Source: an uncultured Actinomycetes bacterium (GTDB lineage: Bacteria; Actinomycetota; Thermoleophilia; UBA2241). From it: a stretch of 64,000 nt of DNA. Both the position numbers and the translations under genes were made by a program. Location: contig CAVPVX010000007.1 of the NCBI GenBank assembly GCA_963709345.1, positions 1 through 64,000 of the forward strand. The letters run 5' to 3'. The notes under the pieces were generated by a model, which saw nothing but the letters and a program-made list of their open reading frames with translations, ran no database searches and was not told the DNA's origin. The number at the start of each line of letters is the position of its first letter. Within the stretch, counting starts at the first letter, position 1. This document shows, piece after piece, positions 1 through 11,800 of this stretch.

Positions 1-1317
1 GCCGGAGGCCCAGCCATGATTCCCCCAGGAGCGCTGCCCACGCGAGCGGACCGCCGACCAAACCTGTCGCGTGCGCCCCCAGTCTCCGAAGCGCTGAATC
101 CCCGCTAGGTCAACCTTCACTCGCCATGCCAGGAGCACGTAGACAAACGTCTCGGACGCAATGAAGGCCAGTGCAAAACCCATGAGGCCGTAGCGTCCCA
201 GCACGACCAGCAGAGTCGCGAAGACCACGAGCTGGCTTGCACGCACGATGAGTTTCTCCTTGAGCCGAGCGGTGGCCTCCAACGTGATGCCTGCGAAGTT
301 CGAGAGCAACGCTGCCGCTGAGCCGACGGCTACGATCCGCATGACCGGAACTCGGGACGGGCTCCATTGGGGTCCGAGCACAACGGCGACGATCTCGCGC
401 CGCCCCGGACATCCCAAAGTGATAGGCAGACCTATACCCGCGAACACCGTGATGACCGACAAGTAGGCGCCGCCCAGCCGTGCCGTCTCGGCTTGGATCT
501 TGCTGAACGACGGAAAGAGCACACGCGACAGACTCGTACCCAAGTACACGAGAGGGAGGCCCGTCAGACTCAACGCTCGCGAGTAGTAGCCCAACGACGT
601 CGGCCCTGCGATGCGCCCCACTGCCAGGGTGTCGAGATTCGCGTTCACGAACTCGAGGAACGAGATCACGGACACGAGAGAGCCGAAGCCCAGCAAGTCA
701 CGATACGGCCGCCACCTCAGCACCACGGCAATGCTGGGGCGCGCAAGCGCGTTGTACGCAACTGCCACCACCGCCGTCTGACCCACTGAAGCGGCCACCA
801 GACTCCACACACCCCAACCCGAAAGCGCAAGTGCCACGCCGACGACACCATACCCTGCCGCATACGCAGCGATGTCGGCGATGGCAATGCCCCGAAAGCG
901 CATCTGACGACGAAGAGCGCCCCCGCGGCGGCCGATGTGCCGGTGAGCGCGAATGTGAGTCCCATCGCACGAAGGACTGGAACGAGTTGCGGCGATTCGA
1001 ACAGCACTGATGCCGACGAAGCAGCAACCCACACCACGAGAGTGAAGACCGCGCCCACGGCAACAGAGCAACCAGAAGCCGGCAGCGATGTGGGCTGGAG
1101 GATCTCCTTAGGCTGCACGATCGCCTGGCCGATTCCCATTGGGCGAAGTACTGGCCGAAACGCAGCACCAGCCACGCCATAGCGATCAGTCCAAACGCCG
1201 CAGGCGCGAGAGGCCTGGCGAGACGGCCGTGACGGCGAGTTGAAGAACGAAGCTGACGAGCGTGACGGTACGTCCATTTCGGCCGTGTAGGGTCTGAGCG
1301 GTGAGGTTCTCGCTCAC
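1..1317 (-). CDS. Wzx/PST-family oligosaccharide flippase (frameshifted, runs off the window's left edge)
   Basis: Manually joined frames give VSENLTAQTLHG..KWTY..ARPLAPAAFGLIAMA..MGIGQAIVQ..RRQMRFRGIAIADIAAY..GWGVWSLVAASVGQ..FVNANLDTLAVGRIAGPTSLGYYSRA. These are typical WzxC-like segments. Composition is visibly less GC-rich than the flanks. Confidence 0.8.
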
Positions 1318-1724
1318 ACGGCGCTCTCGGACGACGACTCTTAGGCAAGGATCGTCCTGCCGGGACATACACCGGAGGTCGAAGTCCAGCACGGCATGAT
1401 TCCCACCAAATGACCACCACGGCCCAGAGACCGACCGTGCCACTTCACCCTCCCGCTGGGTCTGGCGACATGCACGGACCGCACCTGTCCGGGTGCGCAT
1501 CTTGCCCGCACTGCTCGGCGCCTCAGCCTACCTGTCACGGACGTCATCGCACCCTCGTCGCGACCTGCGACTCGTCACTCGCACGCTCCACCTCTACAGG
1601 CAACTCGATCGACAGAAACGACAGCGGGCGCGGGGCCTCTCAGCCCGGCGCCCGCCTCGTCTTCCAGCGGAGCGCGGTCTCTTGCAGGCTCAGCCGGGAA
1701 GGCGGTCGGCTGAACAGCCTCGGG

Positions 1725-4700
1725 TCATGGCGCCGCCGCCACGGTGAAGGTCCCGGCGCTCAGCCCGTAGGCGATCCAGCTCCCCGTGCCGGGCACGGGG
1801 CGGTAGCCGACGCGCACCTTGTAGGTGGAGCCCTCGGGGACGTTCAGGGTGAGGCTGGTCGCGTAGCTGCCGCTGCCGTTGGCGAGCAGCGTCTTGGTGG
1901 CGTACCAGCCCGTGCCGCTGTCGGCCCACACCGCGAACTGGCCGCCGGAGAGGGCTTGGTTGTCGGTGAAGCTCACGGGCAGGCCGCCGCCCACGAAGTA
2001 GGTGCCGCCGCCGGGCGGGGCGGTGACGCTGATGGCAAGGGGCTCCAGGGGCTCCGTGACCGTGAAGGTCCCGGCGCTGAGCCCGTAGGCGATCCAGCTC
2101 CCCGTGCCGGGCACGGGGCGGTAGCCGACGCGCACCTTGTAGGTGGAGCCCTCGGGGACGTTCAGGGTGAGGCTGGTCGCGCAGCCGCCGCTGCCGTTGG
2201 CGAGCAGCGTCTTGGTGGCGTACCAGCCCGTGCCGCTGTCGGCCCACACCGCGAACTGGCCGCCGGAGAGGGCTTGGTTGTCGGTGAAGCTCACGGGCAG
2301 GCTGCTGCCCACGAAGTAGGTGCCGCCGCCGGGCGGGGCGGTGACGCTGATGGCAAGGGGCTCCAGGGGCTCCGTGACCGTGAAGGTCCCGGCGCTGAGC
2401 CGGTGTCCACTCCAGCTCCCCGTGCCGGGCACGGGGCGGTAGCCGAACTGGCACCTTGTAGGTGGAGCCCTCGGGGACGTTCAGGGTGAGGCTGGTCGCG
2501 TAGCTGCCGCTGCCGTTGGCGAGCAGCGTCTTGGTGGCGTACCAGCCCGTGCCGTGGTCGGCCCACACCGCGAACTGGCCGCCGGAGAGGGCTTGGTTGT
2601 CGGTGAAGCTCACGGGCAGGCTGCTGCCCACGAAGTAGGTGCCGCCGCCGGGCGGGGCGGTGACGCTGATGGCAAGGGGCTCCAGGGGCTCCGTGACCGT
2701 GAAGGTCCCGGCGCTGAGCCCGTAGGCGATCCAGTTCTCCGTGCTGCTGGGCACGGGGCGGTAGCCGACGCGCACCTTGAGGTGGAGCCCTCGGGGACGT
2801 TCAGGGTGAGGCTGGTCGCGTAGCTGCCGCTGCCGTTGGCGAGCAGCGTCTTGGTGGCGTACCAGCCCGTGCCGCTGTTGGCCACACCGCGAACTGGCCG
2901 CCGGAGAGGGCTTGGTTGTCGGTGAAGCTCACGGGCAGGCTGCTGCCCACGAAGTAGGTGCCGCCGCCGGGCGGGGCGGTGACGCTGATGGCAAGGGGCT
3001 CCAGGGGCTCCGTGACCGTGAAGGTCCCGGCGCTGAGCCCGTAGGCGATCCAGCTCCCCGTGCCGGGCACGGGGCGGTAGCCGACGCGCACCTTGTAGGT
3101 GGAGCCCTCCGGGGATGTTCAGGGTGAGGCTGGTCGCGTAGCTGCCGCTGCCGTTGGCGAGCAGCGTCTTGGTGGCGTACCAGCCCGTGCCGCTGTCGGC
3201 CCACACCGCGAACTGGCCGCCGGAGAGGGCTTGGTTGTCGGTGAGCTGCACGGCAGGCTGCTGCCCACGTTGTAGTGCCGCCGCCGCCGGGGGCGGTGAC
3301 GGTGATCGCGTTGAAGGCGGCCGCGGCGACGAGCGTGGCATCCACACTCCCTGTCGTCCCACCGGCGGTCACCGGCGATATCGTCAGCGGAGTCGAAATC
3401 GGACTTGTTGTCGAACCACTCGGTGGCGTAGGTGCCGGAGTCGTCGCTGAACTCGATGCGGTAGTCGCCTGCGGGCAGGGGGTCCCAGATGGTGTAGTTG
3501 CCGTCGGCGTCGGTCAGCACGGGGCCGAACTCCTCCGAGGACCAGCCACCGGCGCCGTCGCCGCGATAGGCCTGGACCGTGATGCCTTCGAGACCGACGC
3601 CACCCGCGTCGGTGACCCGCCCCGCGATGTGCCCGGCGAGAGGCAGCACGGCGTCGATGTCGGAGGTCGTCCCGCCGGCGACAACGTCGACGCCGCTCGC
3701 CGTTGCCCGGGATGGCTGGCCGTTGTAGTACTGCATGGCGTAGATGCCGGGACTGTACCAGACTGCGAACTCGACCATGTAGGTGCCCGCGGGCAGGTGC
3801 CCGATGTCGTAGGTGCCGTCGAGGTTGGACACCAGGCCGTTCACGTACTCCCAGTCACCCAGGCCGTTGACGCGGTAGGCGCCCACGTAGACCTGGAGAC
3901 CGGAGAAGCTCTCATTCGTGACCGTCCCCGTGATGTGCCCGGCCTCCGTGAGCACGGCGTCGATGCCGGAGGTCGTCGCGCTGGTGGACACCTCGACCAT
4001 CGTGGCCGCGGTGGGCGCTGCGATGTCGTCGAAGTACTGCGTGGCGTAGAAGCCGGTCTCGTCGGTGAACTCGACGAGGTAGCTACCCTCGGCGAGGCCG
4101 CCGATGTCGTAGCTGCCGTCCTCGCCGGTCAGCGCCGAGCCGCGCCGCCCAGCCCATGTGGTGGAAGTAGTCCGATTCGTAGACGGCGACCTGCATGTTC
4201 GCGAGACCCACGGTGCTCTCGTCGGTGACCGTGCCGCTGATGTGGCCGCCCATGGCGAGTGCGGCATCGATGCCGGAGGTGACGTCGGGCGCGTTCACGT
4301 GGACGTCCTCGCCGGCCTCGATCGTCAGCTCGTCGTCAAAGAACTCCGGTGCGTAGATGCCGGAGTCGTCACGGAACCCGATGCGATAGTCGCCGGTGGG
4401 CAGGGCCTTGATGACATAGCTGCCGCTGGTGGCGTTGATCGTGGTGTCACGGACGTAGTCCCAGCCGCCCGAACCGTCGGCACGGTAGGCCGCGACGACA
4501 GCGCTGCCGAGCGCCTCACCACCGTCCGCCTTCGTGACCGTGCCGGTGATTTGACCGGCCAAGGCAAGCTCGGCGTCGATGCCGGAGGTCGTCGCGCCGG
4601 CGTTCACCGTGACATCATCGGCCGACTCCGGGTCGGGCTTGTCGTCGATAACACTCGCTGGCGTAGGTGCAGGAGTGGTCGTTGAACTCGATGCGGTAGT

Positions 4701-5960
4701 CGCCGGCGGCCAGGCCGCCGAGGTCGTAGCTGCCGCTGTGGCGTTGGTCGGGTGTCGCTCACGTAGTCCCAAGCCGCCGGAGCCGTCGTAACGGTAGGCC
4801 GTGACGCTGATGCCGCCAAGCGCACCGCCACCGTCCGACCCTCGTGACCGTGCCGGTGATGTGGCCGGCTGGCGACGAGCTCGGCGTCGATGCCGGAGGT
4901 CGTCTCGCCGGCGTTCACCGCGACATCGTCGGCGGAGTACGAATCGGGCTTGTCGTCGTACCACTCGGTGACGTAGGCGCCGGAGTCGTCGCTGAACTCG
5001 ACGCGGTAGTCGCCGGCGGCCAGGCGGCGGCCGCCGAGGTCGTAGTCGCCGGTGGTGGCGTTGGTCGACGGTGTCGTTCACGTAGTCCCAGCCGCCTGAT
5101 GCCGTCGGCGCGGTAGGCGGTGACTCTGATGCCTGCCAAGCGCCCCGCCACCGTCCGCTTCGGTGACCGTCCCCGTGATGTGCCCGGACAAGCTCGAGCT
5201 CGGCGTCGACGCCGGCGGTCGTCTGCCCGGCAGTCACCGTGATCGCATCGGCAGAGTCGAAGTCGGACTTGTTGTCGAACCACTTGGTGACGTACCGATA
5301 GTAGTCGTGGGACTGGTGGTAGAAGCTGACGTGGTAGTCGCCCGCGGGCGCGAAGCCGAGGTCATACGTGCCATCAGTCTCGGTCATCGCGTGGGGCCAA
5401 CCCTCCGAAGACCAGTCGTCACCGGTGCCGACGGCTTCGACGAAGATGTCGCCGAGACCGACGCCGTCCGCGTCGGTGACCCGTCCCGTGATGCGGCCGG
5501 CGAGGGCGAGCTCCGCGTCGATCCCGGAGGTGACGTCGGGCGCGTTCACGTGGACGTCCAGGCCGGCCGCGAACGTCAGCTGGTCGTCGTAGTACTCCGG
5601 GACGTAGTCGCCGAGGTCGTCGCGGAAGTAGACGCGGTAGTCGCCGGTAGGCAAGCCGTCGAGGTCGTAGTCGCCGGTGATGGGGTCAGACCGGTCATAC
5701 GCGACCTGGATCCAGTCATCTGAACGGTAGGCCGTGACGTTGAAGCCCTCAGGTGGGCCACTACCGCCCGCATACGTGACCGTGCCGGTGATGCTGCCGG
5801 TGTCGGCAGCCTGCGAGGGCGGCGAGGCCGCCGCGGAGAGGACCAGCGCTGCGAGGAGCAGGCACGCGCCGATCGCCAGCAGGCGGAGCGCCCGCGACGC
5901 TCGGCGCCCCTGATCGATGGCGGTGTCGGACTCGATACGTGAGTACCAACGAGAACCCAT
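1725..5960 (-). CDS. Large secreted/surface protein: signal peptide, ~8 carboxypeptidase-regulatory-like (CnaB/SdrD-type) beta repeats, then 5 C-terminal ~106-aa repeats (multiple frameshifts)
   Basis: ATG 5960 after a GGAGGGGG RBS and a hydrophobic leader (LLAIGACLLLAALVLSAAA). A recurrent unit G(H/R)ITGTVT..GDYRVEFSDDSG.Y..EW(F/Y)D.K..T(S/A)GIDAEL runs across ORFs 4083-6041 and 3119-4267, followed by repeats in ORFs 1725-2432, 1690-2775 and 2801-3091. Confidence 0.8.
1741..3310 (-). repeat. Five near-identical ~318-bp coding tandem repeats
   Basis: The unit encoding ISVTAPPGGGTYFVGSSLPVSFTDNQALSGGQFAVWADSGTGWYATKTLLANGSGSYATSLTLNVPEGSTYKVRVGYRPVPGTGSWIAYGLSAGTFTVT recurs at ~1741, 2060, 2378, 2698 and 3017. 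Confidence 0.9.
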
Positions 5961-6103
5961 GACTGCGCCCCCTCCAGAGTCGCCCCCACGCTTGGTGGTG
6001 CTTCCAGCATAGGCCCGACGATGGGCGAGCGAAAGGGGCACGCCGTTCGTGCCTCGTGCTACCCGTACGGAGAGAAGGCCACCAGCGCTGTCGCGAGCGT
6101 CCG

Positions 6104-8220
6104 TCAGCGCCCGCGCAGGAGCCGTTGCTGATAGCGCCCGCTCCCCAGGGCGGGGGCGAGCTCCTTAGCGCGGGCGCGTGCCTCCGCGGCGCCGGAGGCA
6201 TCGCCGCGAGCGGCCCGCACCCGGCCGATCCAGTACCAGGCGTCCGGAGTGTCGGCCGGCAGGCTCAGCAGGCCGGCGAGCAGCTCGCCGGCCAGGGCCT
6301 CGTCCTTCTGCTCGGTCTGCGCTATCAGCGCCGCGTACCCCCATAGACCCTGGAGGGCCGGGTGATGTGGGTTCCAGCGCAAGGCGGAGCGGAGCTCGCC
6401 CACAGCCTGCGTGAGCCGGCCCTGGGCGATGTCGAGGCGCGCCAGGTCGGCGTAGCCGAGCGCGCCGGTCGGATCCCGCTCGATCCCCTGCTCGACCAGC
6501 GCTCGCCCGCGGGCTACAGCAGATGCGTCCTGCGCGGCCAGGCCATCCCGCCACGTCATCGCGCCGGCCTCCAGCGAGTAGAAGGGCTCCCAACCCCACA
6601 GAGACGCCGCTTGCTCCATGCCGAGAGCCGAGTTCGCGCGGGCCGACACCGCGAAGCGCCCTGTCGGCCCGGTACGTCTGCACCCCGGCGACCACGGCGG
6701 CAACGAGCGCTGCTCCGGCGAGCACCGCCGCGAGCGCGATCACCCAGGATCGCCACACCTGGTCGAGGCACCCTCCACGACCAGCGGCGCGCCGAAGCCG
6801 GGGCGCCGCAGGTCGCCGCCGCCACCAGCACGACCGGTACGGCCACCGTCGGATCCAGCGGGCTGACGAGCAGGAAGACCGTCGCGGCGGCAACGTAGCT
6901 CAGGCCCGCGAGGCGGAAGTCGCGAGCGGGCGCTCGAGCATCCTCCTCCTCTCCCCCTTGCCGCGGCCCCCGTGGCCACGTGGTCCAGACGAACAGCACG
7001 GCGAACGCTGCGGCCAGCAGAAGCCCCGGCAGGCCGGAGGTCGAGGCCACGAGCAGCGGCAGCGAATGCGGATCGCTGGCCAGCGCCCACGGCCGGCCGA
7101 CGCGGTCCTCCGGCGAGCGGTACAGCCGATCGGCTACGACAAAGGCGCCCGAGCCTACGCCGGCAAGGGGCCTCTTCATCACGCCGGCCACTCCCTCACG
7201 CCACAGGGAGACGCGAAGGGAGTCCGCGCGCGTGAGGCCCCCCATCTGCCTGCCGAGGCGCGCCAGCAGGCCGGCGTCGCCTCCGGACACGAGCCCGTGG
7301 CCGAACGTCACCACGAGTGTGACCACGCACAGCTGACGCCAGGATCATCAAGGCTCGCCGGCGGCGCTCCACCATCCAGGCTACGGCGAGGACGGCAACG
7401 CCCACCGCGACGCCAAGGTACGCGGCGCGAGAAACGGTCAGAACGAGACACACTGCCCCTGCCAGCGCTCCTGCCGCGGCCAGCAACTGCGTTGCGCTCC
7501 GTCGCGGCCACGACGGCAGGCCGGCCGCCAGCCACACTCCGAGCAAGCTCAGACCCGCGAGGGTGATCGGGTTGCCGGTGGGGCCGCCAACGCGGCCGTT
7601 GACCGCCGCCCCGCCCCAGAGGCCGGACGGCCCCCGCGACCTGCGCTACGGCGATCGCGCCCGCCACAAGGAGAACCGCCGAAGCGGACCATGCGAGCGC
7701 CTGCCGGCCTCTCGGGCGGTCCAGCAGGCGACGCGTCGCCACGAAGAGCAGCGCGAGGGCGACCCAGAACAGGGCGCCGGTGCCGCGGTTGTAGTAGCCG
7801 AACCATGCGAGCACCGGAGACGGCGACAGCACGGCGGAGAGCACCTGCCAGGCAGCGAACGCCAGCGCGAGCAGGTCGAGCAGGTCGACGCAGGCCGCTT
7901 CTCCGGCGCGTCGTGCCTCGATGATGACCAGGACGACGACGGTGAGAATCAGTGGGTACAGCAGAGAGAAGCGCGGCACGTAGTGGGTGCCGACAAGGGC
8001 CGGGTCGTAGGCCATCGACACGACGGCAAGCAGACCACCGGTGCAGACCATCGCGACCCACACGGCGGTGGACGTCTTCTCCGCCCCCAGCGCACCCCCG
8101 ACGGCCTGCCGGGCCGCCCTGCTCGACGACGCGGACTTGCGCCTCGCGACAGTCGAACGAGAGGCCCTGGCGACACTCGCCCTCTTCCGCTTCTTCTTGG
8201 ACGCCTGGTCCCCCGATCAC
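6104..8220 (-). CDS. O-antigen ligase (Wzy_C)-like polytopic membrane protein with C-terminal TPR region (frameshifted)
   Basis: Joined ORFs 7308-8063, 7196-7546, 6556-7326 and 6104-6703 show many TM helices, a GPTGNPITL-like loop, LVLTVSRAAYLG, R..LW..G....KRPLAGVGSGAF and DPHSLPLLVASTSGLPGLL (H-motif). The C-terminus is TPR-like (DAWYWIGRVRAARGD). Start is approximate. Confidence 0.65.
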
Positions 8221-8859
8221 CTCGCTGCGCAGCCCCGCATGCATCATAGCCGAGGTCGTGCACGATGATGGGCGGCTGTTCAGCGACATTGAGGCCGAGG
8301 TCAACGCGAATGCACCAGACTGCTCGACCCTGCGCTATCCCTACCGTCGGGACAGGTGGGCAAGAAGCCGCGCTCTCACCGATGGATTCTGCTGTCGAAC
8401 CGAATGGCTGGCCAAGCGGCTCAGAAGCTCGGATTCGAGGTCAAGGACCGCTGCCGTGCGTCAGTAGGCGTCGGTGAACGAGTCGTTGCGGTAGAGGATC
8501 GTCACCCGACGCCCAGACTGCGGGACGCCGGGGCTCCTGCCTTCGCGGTCAGCCAGCGATCAGACGCGCTGGGGTGAAGCCATCGCTCTCGCTCCAGCCG
8601 CAGGTCAGAACGTCAGCGCAGCGGCGAGCACTTGAGCGCCTACGATGCTAGGTCGAGAACTGGACATCAAGGCGGCGCAACTCCACGGGCCTGTCTGCTT
8701 CGCAGGATAGTGGGCCTGGAGCGGCGCCCCCGAGTCGTCGCTTCGAGTTGCGTACCTTCGAACGAAGCAAACGGGCGCCGAGCCCTTCGGCCCGGCGCCC
8801 GCGTACCCTCACCAGTCGTTGTGGCGCGCGGCACCTTCCTTGAGTGCCGCGCCATAAGA

Positions 8860-11800
8860 TCAGTTCACCGCGAACGTCCCGCTGCTGGCGCCGATGATGG
8901 TGAAGGCGCCGCTGCCGGCGGTGGCCCGCCAGCCGACGCGGATCGAGTAGCTGCTCCCGGTGGGCACGTTCAGGTTGAGGTTGGTCGCGTAGGAGTCGGT
9001 GCCGTTCTGCGGCACGAGCTTGCCCACGTACCAGCCGCTCGGGCTCGCGGCCCAGACGGCGAACTCGCCGCTGGAGACCGCGACGTTGGTCGACCAGGTG
9101 ACCGGCAGGTTGCTGAGCTGCGCGTAGCTGCCGGTGACCGAGGGCACGGTGATGCGCGGTGAAGCCGGCGGCGGTCACCGCGAAGGTCCCGCTGCTGGCG
9201 CCGATGATGGTCCAGGCGCCGCTGCCGGCGGTGGCCCGCCAGCCGACGCGGATCGAGTAGCTGCTCCCGGTGGGCACGTTCAGGTTGAGGTTGGTCGCGT
9301 AGGAGTCGGTGCCGTTCTGCGCAACGAGCTTGCCGACGTACCAGCCGCTCGGGCTCGCGGCCCAGACGGCGAACTCGCCGCAGGAGACCGCGGCGTTGGT
9401 CGTCCAGGTGACCGGCAGGTTGCTGAGCTGCGCGTAGCTGCCGGTGACCGAGGGCACGGTGATGCGCGGTGAAGCCGGGCGGCGGTCACCGCGAAGGTCC
9501 CGCTGCTGGCGCCGATGATGGTGAAGGCGCCGCTGCCGGCGGTGGCGCCGCCAGCCGACGCGGATCGAGTAGCCGCTCCCGGTGGGCACGTTCAGGTTGA
9601 GGTTGGTCGCGTAGGAGTCGGTGCCGTTCTGCGCAACGAGCTTGCCCACGTACCAGCCGCTCGGGCTCGCGGCCCAGACGGCGAACTCGCCGCAGGAGAC
9701 CGCGGCGTTGGTCGTCCAGGTGACCGGCAGGTTGCTGAGCCTGCGCGTAGCTGCCGGTGACCGAGGGCACGGTGATGGCGGTGAAGCCGGCGGCGGTCAC
9801 CGCGAAGGTCGCCGCTGCTGGCGCCGATGATGGTGAAGGCGCCGCTGCCGGCGGTGGCCCGCCAGCCGACGCGGATCGAGTAGCCGGCTCCCGGTGGGCA
9901 CGTTCAGGGGCAGGTCGGTCGCGTAGGCGGCGGTGCCGTTCTGCGCAACGAGCTTGCCCACGTACCAGCCGCTCGGGCTCGCGGCCCAGACGGCGAACTC
10001 GCCGCTGGAGACCGCGACGTTGGTCGTCCAGGTGACCGGCAGGTTGCTGAGCTGCGCGTAGCTGCCGGTGACCGAGGGCACGGTGATGGCGGTGAGATTC
10101 GCCTCGAACGTCGCACTGATCGTGTGGTTCGCCGTCACGTTCGTGAACGTGTACGTCCCGGCCGTCACTGCCGCCGGGTTGGAGACGTCGTCCACCTTCA
10201 CGTCGAGGATGTGGTAGCCGGTGTTCGGCGTGATCGTGAACGCCTGGTCGGCACCCGGTGTCACGGTCTGGGCCGTGCTCGGCGTGATCGTCCCATTGGC
10301 GCCCGCAGTCGGCGTGATGATGTAGCCGGTCACCACGCTGGCGGTGTTGGACCAGCCGGACGCAGCGGCGCCCTTGTCGGCGCGCACGCGATAGTCGTAG
10401 GTATCGCCGGGCGTGAGCCCGGCGTCGTTGTAGGTCACGGTTCCGGTCGCAGCCGGGTTGGCGTTCGTGTTGGCCGGCAGCGTTGTGAGCACTTCCCACG
10501 CCCCGCCGTTGACGGCGCGCTGGAGCGTGAAGCCGGTCTCGTCGATCGCGTTGTCGGTGAAGCTCAGTGCGACCTGCGGGCCGGCCTGCAGCGTAGCCGT
10601 CAGGCCGGTCGGGTCTGCCGGCGGGTCGCCGGTGAGCGCCGCTTCAGAGACCGACTGGGCGGTCACGGACGGGTACGCCGGGTCAGCCACGTAGCCGACG
10701 GTGTTTCTGGCGGCCACGCGGTAGTCGTACACGAGCGCGGGGTCGTAGTCCGCGGGGTCGGTGAACGTGCGGACCTGGTGCGGGTCGCCTTCCACGGTGA
10801 GCGGCACGGGGATCGTCCCCGCGTCGACCCACCCGGTACCGTCGTTGCGCTGCACCACGTAGGACGTCTCGGCAATGGAGTTGTCGTTGAAGGTCAGGAC
10901 CACGTGCCCTTCGACGATCGCGAAGGAGAGTCCGTCGGGGGTGACCGGCGGCAGCGCCACCGACTGCGGGCGCATCATGTCCATCTCTTCGTGGCTCAGG
11001 ATGTGGCAGTGCCAGACGTACTGCCAGCCGTAGTTGACCAACTGGTTGACGATGGGCGCCGTGGGGAGGCCCTGCGCGTCGACGCTGTTGAAGAGGTTGG
11101 TCGACCCGGTCGGGTCCATCGGGTTGAGGTTGCGGACGGAGTTCGGGACCTCCCACGGCACGTCCGGGATGATCGGTCGCAGGGCGACGATCGTGTCCTC
11201 GAGCGGAGACACACGGATGGTGTCCTTCCACCCCAGCTCGCTCGGCTCCGTCGGGTTGATGTTGTTGTCCCAGGTGACGCGGTTGAGCATCTGCACGTCG
11301 TAGAGGTGGAAGTGGATGGGGTGCGTATCCACGCCGTTGTGGGTGATGCGCCAGATCTGCGTGCCGTCGTTGGGGTTGGAGAGCGGAGCGATGGTGATGT
11401 CGCTCACCGCGTTGCCGTTGGCGTCGTAGGCCACGGCGTTCTTGGGCAGGTCCTGGGCGTTGACCAGCTCTGTGGCTGGGTTCACGAACGGGTAGAAGAC
11501 ACCGTTCTGCCGGCCCGGCGTGGGCGGCTGCGCCTCCACCCCGAGGTTGGCCTGCATGCGGCCGAACTCGTCGAAGGTGGTGGCGTTCATCTCGTCGTGG
11601 ATCGCCTTGGGCTGCAGATCCAAGATCGTCTTGGCCTTGGGCTTGGCGAGCGTGTTGAAGCCGAACTGCATGGTGTCGTTGACGCGCACCAGGCCGTCGC
11701 AGATCGTGAACAGCGGGTTGTCCTCGTTGGGCACCGGGTTGCAGTTGGCGGCGGCGGCGAAGCTCGTGCCGTAGGCCGAGTTGTAGGCCGCCTGCCCGAC

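Noticed and set aside
8225-8855. Possible small gene or ncRNA between the MCO and the ligase-like gene
   Set aside because: Only short ORFs with no recognisable motif or convincing structure are present. It may be a decayed fragment but cannot be supported.
1741-10095. Long near-identical repeats as a diversity-generating retroelement or shufflon
   Set aside because: There is no reverse transcriptase or invertase, no adenine-specific variation, and the repeats are direct in-frame domain duplications.
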